64,000 nucleotides of DNA. Origin: Octopus sinensis (taxonomy: Eukaryota). Of the stretch, positions 1-12,159 are shown one piece after another. The translations under genes and the position numbers were made by a program. Below the pieces are notes generated by a model that saw nothing but the letters and a program-made list of their open reading frames with translations, had not been told where the DNA came from and did not search any database. Within the stretch, counting starts at the first letter, position 1. Each line of letters opens with the position of its first letter. Location of the stretch: NCBI RefSeq assembly GCF_006345805.1, contig NC_042997.1, positions 69,936,001 to 70,000,000 of the forward strand, in the 5' to 3' direction.

Positions 1-53
1 TAGTAGTAGTAGTAGTAGTAGTATAGTAGTAGTAGTAGTTGTTGTTGTTGTTG

Positions 54-412
54 TATGGGGGCGATGGCTATAATAGCGCGTCGCAGCATCCACTGTTTGT
101 TGGTGATTCCTCACTCCTGGCGGATGACACCTCTGCACCACACAGGCGACAACCCATGGGCGTGGCTGGGTAGTCGTTGCTGCTGAGGTTTTTCAGACGT
201 TGGAGTGCAAACCCTTTCCGGCCACTTTTAGTCGCCTTTTGCGACACGCAGAAGAAATGCTGGAGTTATTCTTTGGTATGCGGCCCCCTCCACATGCAAA
301 ATACTTGAGCAATGTAAAATGTAGTGTTTTGCTCAACAACACAACACGGTGCCCGTTCCCGGAATAGAACCCACGATCTCGCGAACGTGAGTGCCACTCT
401 CTCACAACTAGA
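54..412 (-). mobile_element. tRNA-type SINE (family E) with (CAA)n(CTA)n tail
   Basis: Minus strand has a tRNA-like head with B-box-like GGGTTCTATTCC, then a TTGAGCAAAACAC central block resembling CORE/Meta-type domains, and ends in the simple repeat at 1-53. Confidence 0.65.
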
Positions 413-1903
413 GTATCTACCTTCACCTGATGTAGGAAACTCTTAATTCTACATAACGTATGCGGTCATCACCGATTTTCGACAAAATTTATTTTTTTCC
501 TACTATTCCAAAGTTAACACCAGAAGCATTCTACGAGTTATTCACCTTAACGAAAGCATATATATTTCTTTAAAATAGAAGGAATCAATTAGATCAAGGG
601 AGATTAACAGCAAAGCAACCCTGCGCATCTTGGTTAAACAGTTTATTCCAAAAATCCAATACAAAGTTGAAACGGTAGTTCATTGGTCTCGCGTATCCTG
701 CAAATCCATGTATACATCAAAGGAATAATTGGTACATTTCGCATTGTATAATTTATAGTATATAAGAATAAGACAGATATCCACGTGCTTTCATAGCAAC
801 TTATTTAGTATAAATTTATTCTGAATAAATTGTATTTATAGTAATACCCTGTAACACCCATTCATTTTATTCCTTTTTACTTTTTACTATTTTTAAATAC
901 ACACACGCACACACACACTAAGTATCTGTAAACATGTGAATATATGGGGCCGGAACGAGTGATTTGTATGGCATCCATAATAGCCTCGTTATTTTACTGA
1001 CATTGCTTTGCAAATATGAATATATTGCGCTACATTTTTCTATTGAAAGATTTGTATGTATTTCAGACATTTTTGATATTATTCAACAAAAGTGAATAAT
1101 CTCTAATTTGCAGCACACATATTGCATATCATAATATCGTTTATACAAACCATCACAAAACGCATATTTTATTATCAAGGTATTGGTTCAACAAAGCGTC
1201 ACAACACATTATATGACCACACATAGTAAATACAAAACAACCTTCCAAATTAAATTTAAAGGTAGCGTAAGACAAATGAAGAAATCCAATAAATCATAAC
1301 ATATTTCAGACAATACTAGAAATGTAGTAGGAGATATATGAGCATGATTCTGGCCATGTGCTTAACTCGGATGGTTCGTCGGTGAAGTATGCTGAATATC
1401 ATGTGAACTCAGTTGTGTTTAAGCAATAAATAGTTAGAAGAATGTGACAGTGTAGGCATGTTGCTTTTGTTCACCGACCAGTCTATATATGTCTGTAATT
1501 GCTATTATGAAGACTGAAGAACATGTGAAAGGCCAGTAGACAGTCGATCAAAAAGCTCAATTCACGATGTACTGTTACAGAAAAGGCGGGTAAAGTTGAC
1601 TTGGTTGGCGCATGACAGTTATTAATGTGCATTTGTCACTGATAATGTGCACCGTAATGCAATGCTTGTAGGTTTAATGTGGTTATTGATATTGCTATCT
1701 AGTTTGTATTTGGGAGCATTCTATGCATGTCTAAAGTGGGTAGAAAAAAAATGACATCTGAGGGTTTCTGAGTGTTTAGCAGTGAAAGTTGGAGCTTGAG
1801 GCAGAAACTACTCATATCTATAATGCATTAAAAGTCAGCTTGAATTTTGCTTCCTTGCTTACTTGCAATGTTACCCAGCCAAACTGGCGCATAATAGAAA
1901 AAT

Positions 1904-2263
1904 ACTATGAATTAAGTTTCCTCCCAAATATAAATACGAACGGAATAAAACAAATTTCACGTAAATCGGACAGGTGGTTGCGGAGATATTAGGGGTTTTC
2001 GGGATATAAATACCCAAAACGGTGCATAATGGGAAAATATTCCAAAAACAAAATATTCCCGAACGGGAAGAAACTCTCACCTTTCGATAAACACAGGGAT
2101 TTGACAACGAAAACACGAGTTGTTTTTGACAGTAAATGTTTCTATTTTCGCTTTTGTTAATATTTTAATCATTTAGAAATATTTTTTAGTGAATGTGATT
2201 TCAAAAATGTAAGTTGTTTGTACAGTAAGTATTTATATTTTAGCTTTCTCCAGCAGACAATAT
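1904..2263. repeat. ~360 bp interspersed repeat, copy 1 (copy 2 at 22837-23204)
   Basis: Colinear with 22837-23204 from ACTATGAATTAA through GAGATATTAGGGGTTTTC to CAGACAATATT; class unknown. Confidence 0.8.
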
Positions 2264-2280
2264 TATATATATATATAAAT

Positions 2281-2663
2281 ATTATATATTTATATATATA
2301 ATTATTAATTTTAGTATATAATTATAAACAATTGCAGCGTGGAAGGTGTTTATAAGCCATTTAAGAAACACACAAAACCTTTAGATTCACTTCACCATTT
2401 AAATTTAATTTGCCAAAATATTTTCGTCGCTTTGAGACCGCGACCTATTCACTGACAAAATTCAAGTGATGCTGCACGAAATTTTGTCAGTGAACAGGTC
2501 GCGGTCTCAAAGCGACGAATATATTTTGGCATATTGAATTTAAATGGTGAAGTGAATCTAACGCTTTTTGTGTGTTTCTTAAATGGCTTATAAACACCTT
2601 CCACGCTGCAATTGTTTATAAATTATATACTAAGATTAATAATTATATATATAAATATATAAT
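2281..2663. mobile_element. Foldback/MITE-like near-perfect palindrome
   Basis: Arms of ~180 bp (2281-2463 and ~2478-2663) are near-exact reverse complements around a ~14 nt spacer. Confidence 0.85.
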
Positions 2664-2671
2664 TATGTTAA

Positions 2672-3324
2672 AGGGATCAAGAAATAACTTTCTCCAAAAT
2701 GCTAAAAATAAAAAAAAACGCCAAAGCGTTAAAAAGCCACTGTTACAACTCCTATAAAAACACGGGTTGTGAGCGAGCAAATGAAAAATACAAAATAAAA
2801 CTTCACAGTAAATCGTGTATTGAGTCCAATTTCGGGATTAAAGCAGTAAAAATAGCTTATTCCCCACATTCAGCACAATATTCCAAGAAACATAATCACA
2901 GATATTTATACGAAGCAAATGTTACGTCCATATACAAATATCCGTGCTTTTGTATCATATAAAAGTCAAATTTTTACTTTTCATTTCAGCAGCGTGTTTT
3001 TTAACCGAAATAGCCTCGCAGAAAATGTGATTTCGATCAGGAGCAAACATATTTTATTAGTTATTCTTAATAGAAATCAGAATAAAATCCTGTTAATGGT
3101 AATAACAAGTGGCCAGCATGAGATATGCTGAAAATGGGGAATAAGCTATTTTTACTGCTTTAATTCCGAAATTGAACCCAATACATAATTTACTATGAAG
3201 TTTTATTGTGTATTTTGCATTTGCTTGCCCACAACCCGTGTTTTTGTAGGAGTTACAACAGTGGCTTTTTGGTGCCTTTGGCGTCTTCTTTTAGCATGTT
3301 AGAGAAGGTTATTTCCTGATCCCT
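2672..3324. mobile_element. TTAA-target MITE with long TIRs (Kolobok/T2-like termini)
   Basis: TTAA|AGGGATCAAGAAATAAC...GTTATTTCCTGATCCCT|TTCA; imperfect TIRs of ~210 bp and a non-coding interior. TTAA target plus AGG termini are known Kolobok/T2-MITE features. Confidence 0.65.
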
Positions 3325-3336
3325 TTCATATAATTA

Positions 3337-3453
3337 TATATATATATATATATATATGTGTGTATGTATGTATGTGTGTGTGTATGTGTGTGTGTATGTG
3401 TGTATGTATGTATGTATGTATGTATGTATGTATGTATGTATGTATGTATGTAG
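3337..3453. repeat. Compound microsatellite (TA)n/(TG)n/(TATG)n, representative of dozens in the window
   Basis: Read directly from the sequence. Confidence 0.95.
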
Positions 3454-3489
3454 AATGCATGTATTGTTAGGGATTTGTGAGTGTCACAT

Positions 3490-4150
3490 GATCAAGTTAT
3501 AATAATGCAAAGAAACTTGTTTATGAGTTTTCTTGATCTCTTGAGATTTATTGCACAGCGATTTGGTATAAAGGCAAGAGTTTCATAGTCTATAATGTAT
3601 CAAATACGTTGTTTGTAAAGTTTTGGTCATTTTTATGAGCTAAATTACGTGTCTGTGAATGCTACATATATGTTTGGAAGCGGTTTTACTTTCTTCACTA
3701 AATGTTCTATCTATCTTGTAGATGTAATATTTATAATAGGATGTTCAACTGTATCTGGAGATGTATTTGAAGGACGTGATATGTAGGCATAGTATCATAG
3801 CTAAGGATATGTGTATTTTTTGTAGGAGTCTGGGAAGTTTGTGCAAGAATAAGTTTGAAAGTGTTGTCCGCTTGAACGAAACTTATTGATACAGGATAAA
3901 TTATTCGTTTCTACTCTGAGGTATTTAAGCCTTTCCTATTGCTTTTCTGTCGTCTGATGGAAGAATGGGGTCATGGTTATAGCGTGAGTAGAAGGTTTGG
4001 CAACTTTAGATTAATGTGATTTTGGAAGGTTAGTTTTTGAAAAACGTCTAATGAATGCTGCTGGAGTGTGGCTCTAAACAGGTTTTATTTTGACAAGAAG
4101 TGTGTTGTAGTCGTTGTTTAGGTTGTTGGTGCAGTTAATTAGTGGTTTAT
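3490..4150 (-). mobile_element. Possible highly decayed Penelope-like (Neptune-type) GIY-YIG end
   Basis: Frameshifted remnants SCQNKTC, YVAFT and NKSQEI..HK(N)KFL resemble the CNCRNK..C / YIG.T / LNKR.E....HKNKFL motifs; many stops. Confidence 0.3.
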
Positions 4151-4184
4151 TATGTGTTTATGTAAAAATACAGATATTTGTCAG

Positions 4185-4340
4185 AATCGTTGAAGCGTCG
4201 GACAAAATGGCTTGCCTCATTTGTTCCGGTCCTTTGCATATTGAATTCAAAGCCCGCCGATGCTAACCTTGCTTTTATCTTTCCAGAATCGATAAAATGA
4301 AACAGAAGTGTTTTTCTGGGGCGATATAATCCACTAGTCT
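4185..4340 (+). mobile_element. SINE family B, degenerate
   Basis: Aligns by eye with the cleaner copies at 52448-53680 (CAGAATCGTT..GCG, TTCAAA, CTTTTATCTTTCC..GATAAAAT). Confidence 0.7.
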
Positions 4341-4790
4341 TTACCCAGAAAATTACTGCTCCGTTTCTTTTTCTGTATGTATCCAGGAGTACATTAGTTA
4401 ACTTGTCTTTTGTGTTGAAGACAGTATGAGCGTCGGTGACTGAGTATGGACTTCCTTGTGTACGGTATACAAGTGCGTTAGTATGAACTATTTTGGGATA
4501 AGTATATTTCTTGCTATTGTTCTAACACCTAACAGGATATCGTGTGCAATCCATAGCAATGTAGTGTAAGAATTAAAGTCTTTCAGAATGAAATGCGGGT
4601 ATTGAAGTCCAACAAAATGTATTGAAATATATCAAAATATAGTGCATGCATTGGTATCTATCACGATATGGCGTGTGTGTACTGATGTCTAACAGTATAT
4701 AGTAAGCGTATTGAAGTCTAGTATGATAACATGTGTGTATTGATGTCTGGAAAAATGCAGTGTCTGTATTAGAATGTATGAGGATAAGTA

Positions 4791-5125
4791 TTAGGTTGTC
4801 AAGAAAGTTCTTGCGGTTTTTAACCTTTAAATTCAGAGGCACATATCTCGGCTCAAACAAAACTTTATTTATCGAAATAAACACCATCAGAATCAACACA
4901 CTTTTTCCAACGTGAAACAAGTTTATTTATGCCAGTGGCGTAAAAATCCTGCGTTCTGCTGTCGATAAAGTCGTTGAAGGCGTGTTTGGCATCGTCTTGG
5001 TTTTTGAAGCATTTCTCATGCAGGACGTTGCCGAGATGCTTGAAAAAGTGGTAGTCGGTAGGCTAGAGGTCGGGTGAATATGGCGGATGAGGCAGAGTTT
5101 CGTAGCCCAATTCGTTGAACTTCCG
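4791..5125 (-). mobile_element. mariner (Hsmar1/cecropia-like) 3' end with TIR, truncated
   Basis: Minus-strand translation FNELGYETLPHPPYSPDL*PTDYHFFKHLGNVLHEKCFKNQDDAKHAFNDFIDSRTQDFYATGINKLVSRWKKCVDSDGVYFDK*; TA|TTAGGTTGTCAAGAAAGTTCTTGCGGTTTT TIR at 4789-4820. Confidence 0.9.
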
Positions 5126-5314
5126 ATAAAAAATGGCCTAATTATTCAAAAAGAAAAAGAGTAACACGATTAGATAGAGTGAAAAACGGGCTTTAAAATG
5201 ATATAAAAAGTCAAAGTAATTTAACAAGAATTAATTTGAAAATACATCATTTAAAACCAAAATTTAAAATTCTGCAACAACTTTCTTGATAAGCAAATAT
5301 TTGCAGAAGTGTAT

Positions 5315-5470
5315 TAAGTCCACTCAACTGGCAAACATGAGTTGTACCTGTAATTCAAAGGGCCTGCTTTGTTACATCCTGTGTTATGCTGAATCTCCCT
5401 GGGAACTACGTTAAGGATATGCGTGTGAATAGTACTCATTAATTTGAAGGGAACTTGGTTGCTGTTTCTA
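5315..5470 (+). mobile_element. SINE family C fragment
   Basis: TCCACTCAACTGGCAAA..GCTGAATCTCCCTG shared with the copy at 40555-40778. Confidence 0.65.
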
Positions 5471-6231
5471 GCAAGTTTGTCGGCTATGAGGAACGTCCCG
5501 CATTCGAATATAACAGTAGTGATGTTCGCTACCTCGGGGTGCTAGTGTGTGTCAGTATTGGTTATGGGAGTGGAGTGTCGTTTAAAAAGCGGTAAATATG
5601 ATGACAATAACGACGACGCTGACAACGAAGACGACGACTCGACGGTGACGACACAACGACACGACTACAACGACGACACGACTACGATAACGACGACACG
5701 ACTACGATAACGACGACAACGACGACGATGATGGTGACAGTGTGGACGACTATGATATTGTTGATTAGGTTTTATGTGATGGTTGCAATATTGATGATAG
5801 TTTGCGTAGTTTCAGAGGTGTTTGTGGCAATGCTGGTGGTGAACGTGTATCTCTGCAGCAGTGGTGCTAATTCACAATAGCTGTCGTTGTTGCACCGTAA
5901 TTAGGCAAGCTTCAAACGCAAGTTATCAATGTCAAAATTTTGACAGCAATATTTTCACTGCCATCATCTCCCTTCACCTTTGTGACACCCTTCCCTTCAT
6001 CTCCTCCGCTTTCTAACTCTTCTATAATCTATTTCCCATCACTAAACTTCAATCTTTAATTTTCTTTTTTCTCATCCACCACCAACAATCTTGTTTTCTT
6101 CGTGTCACTCCGATCCGTCATACTGGATCCAATCTATCTCTAACATTAGTTTACTATCCCAACTTTCCACATGGTTCCACTCTTTCTCTTGTCTTTATCA
6201 TCACCTCTCACTACACTGTTTTAAGTTACGG

Positions 6232-6321
<90 letters not shown>

Positions 6322-6769
6322 CTTCTCTCTTTCTCCAGCTTCTTATTTGAGACCCCATTTTTGGTGTATTTTCCTGCTAATCACACCTTCAGAAACTATC
6401 TACACCCTTCTGTTACCATCTACAACTTCACATTCACAAAATTTGCAACACACTTGCACATAAATATACATGCAAATATTACATATATAGGTCAGTATAT
6501 ATGCAAACACATAGATATGACCATACGCATATTTAAACACGCGCCAATAACACGCATACATTCATGTATGTATACAAATATATACATATGAACATATGCA
6601 CATAGACATACAACTAAGTATTCACGCACAATTTATTTGAACAAAGTAATTTTCTACACATGTGTACATCTAATCAAACATATACATGTACAATTAAATA
6701 TTCATATAAGAATACACAGCATATACTCTCACAAACACATTCCTATTAATATATACACGAATCCAATGC

Positions 6770-6980
6770 CGAGTAGGCACAATGGTTAGCAAGCTAGGCA
6801 AAATGCTCAGCGGCATTTCGTCCATCTTCACGTTCTCAGTTCAAATTTCACCAAAGCCGACTATACCTTTCCTCCTTTCAGAGGCGATAAAATAAGTACC
6901 AGTAAAACACTGGTGTCGGTATTATCGACTTAACCCTGACTTCGAAACTACTGGTCTTGTACCAAGATTTGAAACCAGTA
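6770..6980 (+). mobile_element. SINE family B
   Basis: GTTAGCA..GGCAAAATGCTCAGCGGCATTTCG, B-box-like GTTCAAATT, GATAAAATAAGTACCAG. Confidence 0.8.
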
Positions 6981-7411
6981 TATCCACGAAACCTAACGCG
7001 CATACAAATTCATGCACACACGTTCTTTTCGCACTCATATACGTGTATATTTAACTTCATTTGGGAGAAAAGTGACCTCTATACGTAACGTAAAGTATAT
7101 ATGTATGTAACTCACTCTTTCTCCCGTTGTATGATTATTTGTATGTATGTCTATGTACAATGACAGTTGCCCACATGTTTACCGTCCCCACAATCAGCGC
7201 CATCATTATCATTAATATACATAACTCATAATTGCAAATAATTCTACATTTATGGATATACAGCACATCAAATTCATTAGTGCTACCATTCCAAACCTCA
7301 TGGTTGTTATTACTGTTCTTGTCTTTATCGTCGAGGTTCTTATCTCCATACTAGCTGCAGATCGACATCACCTGAGGAGGTTTTACCTTCATACCGCTAA
7401 CTGGAGCTTGC

Positions 7412-7800
7412 ATGTCCGAGACTATCATTTACGTAGCTACCGTAGACTCTACAACCATTAAGGGCACAGTTTCGACAAAGAGCCTTACAGAGGGGAATTT
7501 CAAGGCCAGGTTCAACAATCACACCTTGAGCTTCAGGCACTGGGATAAACGGAAAACGACCAAATTATCCAGTCACATATGGTCCTTAAAAGATAAAGGT
7601 GTTGGTTGCAACATCCATTGGAAGATCTTAGTCAAGTGTAAGCCTTACAGTGGTAAGTGCGGTCTTTGTGATATAGAAAGTTGGCTCATCTGGAAAAGCA
7701 GCTTAGATCCCTCTACATGTCTGAATTCAAGAACTGAACATTTTGGATCTTGTCCATATGTGGCTAAATATTTGTTACATTTTTGGATCACCCCAAGATC
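7412..7800 (+). mobile_element. Penelope-like element (Neptune-type) GIY-YIG endonuclease fragment
   Basis: IIYVATV..LTEGNFKARFNNHTLSFRH..TKLSSHIWSLKDKG..IHWKIL..CGLC..LNSRTE is the typical PLE endonuclease pattern. Confidence 0.85.
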
Positions 7801-8059
7801 ATACATAGAACTTGCTTTTTATATTGTGTTCACGTAGAAGATTTTTATCGCTCTATACTTTTATATATATTCTTTATATATTTTATATAAATATTTCACA
7901 TGTTTATAGAGATTTACACCATATTTTTCTTGCTTTATATATTTTTACACATTTTTCCTGTATTTTACCTCCCACCCTGCATCTTTCTTGTGCATATGCG
8001 TATATTGATGTGTAAATGAATTTTCTGCCCATGTGCGTGTGCGTGTGCGTGTGTGTAGG

Positions 8060-8560
8060 TATGTATACATGTACATGTGTATGGTTGCATATATATATGG
8101 GTGTACATGCGAGTATTCCACGCGAGTATAAGTGTGCATATGCATATATAGCATGTACGTATTTTAGACGTGTATTTGAATATAACTCTGCGCGTATGGG
8201 AACGTGCACGTGTGTGTATGCGCGCGTGTGGGCAGATATACATATGTGTACATCGTGTGTATGCGCGGGTATGTATATATGTACATGTATGGTTGCATGT
8301 ATGTGTGGGTGTACATGCATGTGTTCCAGGCGAGTGTAAGCGAGCATATAGCATGTGCATATTTTTAGACGTGTATTTGTATGTAAATATGCGTGTATAG
8401 GTATGTGCACGTGTGTGTGTGCGCGCGTGTGTGGATTTGTATACGTGTACATGCATGGTTACATATATATGTGCATCTATTGGCATATGAGTGAATACGC
8501 ATGTGTATGTTTCATGCGAGTCTGAGTGAGCATATACATAGGCACATGTACGTAGGTGTG
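8060..8560. repeat. Diverged tandem repeat (~170-210 bp unit, 2-3 copies) built from TG/CA-rich sequence
   Basis: Recurring CATG(T/C)ATGGTT(G/A)CAT and TTTTAGACGTGTATTTG blocks. Confidence 0.7.
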
Positions 8561-8698
8561 CGTACGCGCAGGTGTATATATGTACATACACGCATACGCG
8601 ATTGCTATGGGCGTTTTTACTCCATTACCTTTTACTTCATCCCCTTCGGTTTTTCCCCTTATTTAACGGTCTTTTTCATAGCATATTTTAATTGCCTC

Positions 8699-8759
8699 GA
8701 TAACTGAAGAGGTGCCGGCGCAGGTTTCCGTCCCGACATCCGAAACTTAGAGTTTTATT
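8699..8759 (+). ncRNA. Type I hammerhead-ribozyme-like motif, canonical core
   Basis: GATAA-CTGAAGA-[GGTGCCGG..CCGACATCC]-GAAA-CTTAGAGT-T-TTATT; predicted cleavage after 8754; lies downstream of the 7.4 kb GIY-YIG fragment. Confidence 0.65.
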
Positions 8760-8887
8760 ATGGCAACCGAATAATTGTCACATATTATATTACAGATAAA
8801 TTCCTCTGTTTACATAACATCGAGGTCTCTTTCATTCTTTTGTTGTCTTACCATTACTATTAATATATATATAGATAGATAGATATA

Positions 8888-9195
8888 GGTGCAGGCATGG
8901 TAAGAAGTTTGCTTCCCAACCATACAGTTCCGGGTTCAGTCCTACTACGTGGCACCTTAGCCAAGTGTCTGCTAATATAACCACGGTCCAATCAGAGCCT
9001 TGTGAACGGATTTCGTTTACGGAAATTGAAAGAAGCCCGTCGTATATATATATATTTTGTGTATGTATGGTTATGTATGTACTTGTGTGTGTATGTCTGA
9101 ATTTGTCCCCCACCATCACTTGACAACCGATGTTGGCATTTTCCCGTCCCTGTAACTTAGCGGTTCGGCAAAGCAGATCCATAGATTAAGTATAT
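8888..9195 (+). mobile_element. SINE family A (tRNA head, CORE-like block, internal TA/TG microsatellite), 3'-truncated
   Basis: GGTAAGAAGTTTGCTTCCCAACC..GGTTCAGTCC..GGCACCTTAGCCAAGTGTC; matches 22250-22645. Confidence 0.85.
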
Positions 9196-9204
9196 TTATA
9201 TTAT

Positions 9205-9470
9205 GACTGATTTAAGGTTGTGAACATAACCATATAGGACAGACAAGTATGGAAATTAGACGGAGAGCTACACTACATAAGGAACAAATCTGTTTCCCAA
9301 AGCATAGACAGATACCTTTGAGTGAACACATAGAGAGATGTACATGGAATCTCCAACCAAACTTCACAGTTTTCCCCATCTTGTACAATTTCTGTACAAG
9401 AACGTTTAAATACAGAAAATTTATCTATCGAAAAATACATAACATGCCTGAATATGAACGCATAACCAAC
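9205..9470 (+). mobile_element. Penelope-like GIY-YIG fragment (second family)
   Basis: GCEHNHIGQTSMEIRRRATLHKEQICFPKHRQIPLSEHIERC matches the C..YIG.T...R..EH pattern. Confidence 0.7.
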
Positions 9471-9726
9471 TTTGATCTCAGCATATGTTTTAATTCATGA
9501 TCACATATACATCACTGTACATATTTCATCGCACTACTTTAGCTTATGAGTTTTTATATTTATTTTCCCACCCTAAAAATGAGCGATTACTTCCCCTGTC
9601 CCAAGCAATAACTACCACTTATTACCACCCCTTAGATCTTTCTATTTGTTGATTCATTCACAAATTTTCATATAAGAACATGGACTTAAATCTTCTTAAG
9701 AAACTATGAAATTACAATTATTTCAA

Positions 9727-9759
9727 TGTCCTGACTAGCGAAAGCGAAACCGGTCGACA
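9727..9759 (+). ncRNA. Minimal hammerhead-like motif (G8U core variant)
   Basis: TGTC-CTGACTA-GC GAAA GC-GAAA-CCGGT-C-GACA: 4 bp stem I, 2 bp stem II, palindromic ACCGGT stem III, GUC triplet. Confidence 0.65.
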
Positions 9760-10142
9760 ACTACAATACTCTTCCATTTAAAACATATTAAAACTATGTA
9801 AACTGTGTAAATTTTCCGTCTTTCATTTTATATATAAATTTATTACATTACAACTCACCACGTGGGAATGATAGAAATTCTTGTCCTCTCAGTTCTTATT
9901 GCTATATGTATTTATATATAGATATAAACATTTGTGTGTGTGAGAGTGTGCACGCGTGCGCATGTGTAACTATCTCTGTGCGTGTCTTTTGTGTTTGTGC
10001 TTGTCAACAATGTTGGTTTGTTTATGACATCGTAACTTAAAATTTCGACAGAACAGGCTGATAACATCAGCAGCAGGTTTTAAAATAATAAATATAGGGG
10101 TTGACCCTTCAAGGTAGTATACACACACACATACACACCCAC

Positions 10143-10252
<110 letters not shown>

Positions 10253-10351
10253 GGCAGAGACAGACAGAGACAGAAATACAAGGAGTTTTCATCAACTAAC
10301 AAAGGGATGTGTATGTATTATGAGTGCTCAGTTTGGTTTACTACTGAAATT

Positions 10352-10453
10352 CCGCCTTGAACGGCAGCTGAAAAGTGTGGTGTTCAGATTGGCTTTCGAA
10401 GGCGGCTAAAGCCAGTCTCAACACCACACTTTTTCAGCTGCCGTTAAAGGCGG
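10352..10453. repeat. ~100 nt hairpin (~45 bp arms, 11 nt loop)
   Basis: CCGCCTTGAACGGCAGCTGAAAAGTGTGGTGTTCAGATTGGCTTT is the near-exact reverse complement of 10408-10453. Confidence 0.9.
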
Positions 10454-10462
10454 TACACATAT

Positions 10463-10565
<103 letters not shown>

Positions 10566-10578
10566 CATACATACATAC

Positions 10579-10609
<31 letters not shown>

Positions 10610-10633
10610 CATACATACATAAATACATACATA

Positions 10634-10686
<53 letters not shown>

Positions 10687-10745
10687 TATATGCACGTATG
10701 TATATATATATGTGCGCTTGCATATATGTGTGTGTGTGTATATAT

Positions 10746-10782
<37 letters not shown>

Positions 10783-10809
10783 TCATTTTTTTCTTTTATT
10801 CTTTTATTT

Positions 10810-10995
10810 GTTTCTGTAAATTTGACTGCGGCCATGCTGGAGAACCGCATTTATTCGAGCAAATCGATCCCATGACTTATTCTTTGTAAGCCTTATACTT
10901 ATTGTATCGGTTTCTTTTGCCGAACCGCTAAGTTGCGGGGACGTAAACACACCAGCATTTGTTGTCAAGTGATGGTGGGGGACAAACACAGAGGC
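10810..10995 (-). mobile_element. SINE family A, 3' half
   Basis: Reverse complement of the SINE A tail (GCGGTTCTCCAGCATGGCCGCAGTCAAA) and the TTAGCGGTTCGGCAAAAG block. Confidence 0.85.
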
Positions 10996-11018
10996 ACAAA
11001 TATATACATACATACATT

Positions 11019-11996
11019 ATGGCTGCCCTCTCGTTATTGAGTATGGCCATTGCACGAAGCTTAACTGTTACTGGTGCTGTGATCGAATGTGACTTTTTAG
11101 CCCAGCTAAATATCTACAATGTCTTGTACAAAATTGGCAACTAAAACCTTTACTGGTAATAGCCGGCTGTAATTGTAACTGGGCTTCATGTACATTTGCA
11201 TGTCGTTTAAGTCCTCCTGCCGAATTACACTCTCTTCCACATGCCCGACAGATATGATTAGTATGGTTTGTTACACCACCACCGGTGGCCAGGTTGTCAC
11301 TCATCTGTCTCGTTTTATGACTACGAAGATGACTCATGAGTCCAGCTTTACTGAGGCAGGGTCTAGCACAGACATTGCATGTCAGCATCAAAGGAAGACC
11401 CTTCCCTTCTGGAAGTGTAACAGCGATGCCCTTCTTAACATCCCCCCCTTACTTTCTCATGTGCAACTCGAGATTTCTCAAAAGTGGCTGTCCCCTCATG
11501 CACAATCCTTCTCCACCTGCTACGATCAATAGCTATGCCTTCCCATGTGTCAGGAGAGATGCAAGCATCTCGTAAGGAAGCCTTCAGCAAGTCCTTATAC
11601 CTCTTTTTTTGGTTTATGTGGAGGTCGTTCTCCTTTAGCTAACTCTCCATAAAAGAGTTGTTTTGGCATCCTTGAATCCTTCATCCTGACCAGATGACCA
11701 CTCCATCTGAGGCTTTGCTTTAACACAAGAGCTTCTATACTTTCACACTGAGAGCCTTCCACTATTTCAAGATCACTGATGCGGTCTTTCCACTTAATGC
11801 CATAGATCCGTCTGAGGCACATCTGATGGAAACGTTCCAGTTGTTTAAGGTGGTATCGATATGTGACCCACGTCTCGCAGGCATAGAGAAGAGAAGGGAG
11901 CATACATGCCTTGTACACCTTTATCTTTGTCTTTCTGGATATGTCTCGCTGACTCCAGAGGCGCTTTTCTAGCCTTCCGAAAGCAACACTTGGTTT
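11019..11996 (-). mobile_element. RTE-clade LINE, 5'-truncated, with three C-terminal C2H2 zinc fingers
   Basis: SVAFGRLEKRLWSQRDI..KTKIKVYKACMLPSLLYACETW..LRWSGHLVRM.DSRMPKQLFYGEL is a typical RTE post-RT region. A single extra A in a homopolymer near 11605 separates the two supplied ORFs; then CNVC..H..H, CRAC..H..H, CQFC..H..H. Confidence 0.9.
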
Positions 11997-12033
11997 CCTA
12001 ATTCATACCTACATACATACATACATACATACA

Positions 12034-12069
<36 letters not shown>

Positions 12070-12097
12070 TATATATATGTCTATATATATTATATAT

Positions 12098-12129
<32 letters not shown>

Positions 12130-12159
12130 GGTTATGATAGATAATGGTGTCAAGAAGAC

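Noticed and set aside
4573-4920. ORF with FLD..TS resembling a Penelope RT motif
   Set aside because: The motif comes from reading through the mariner TIR; coincidental.
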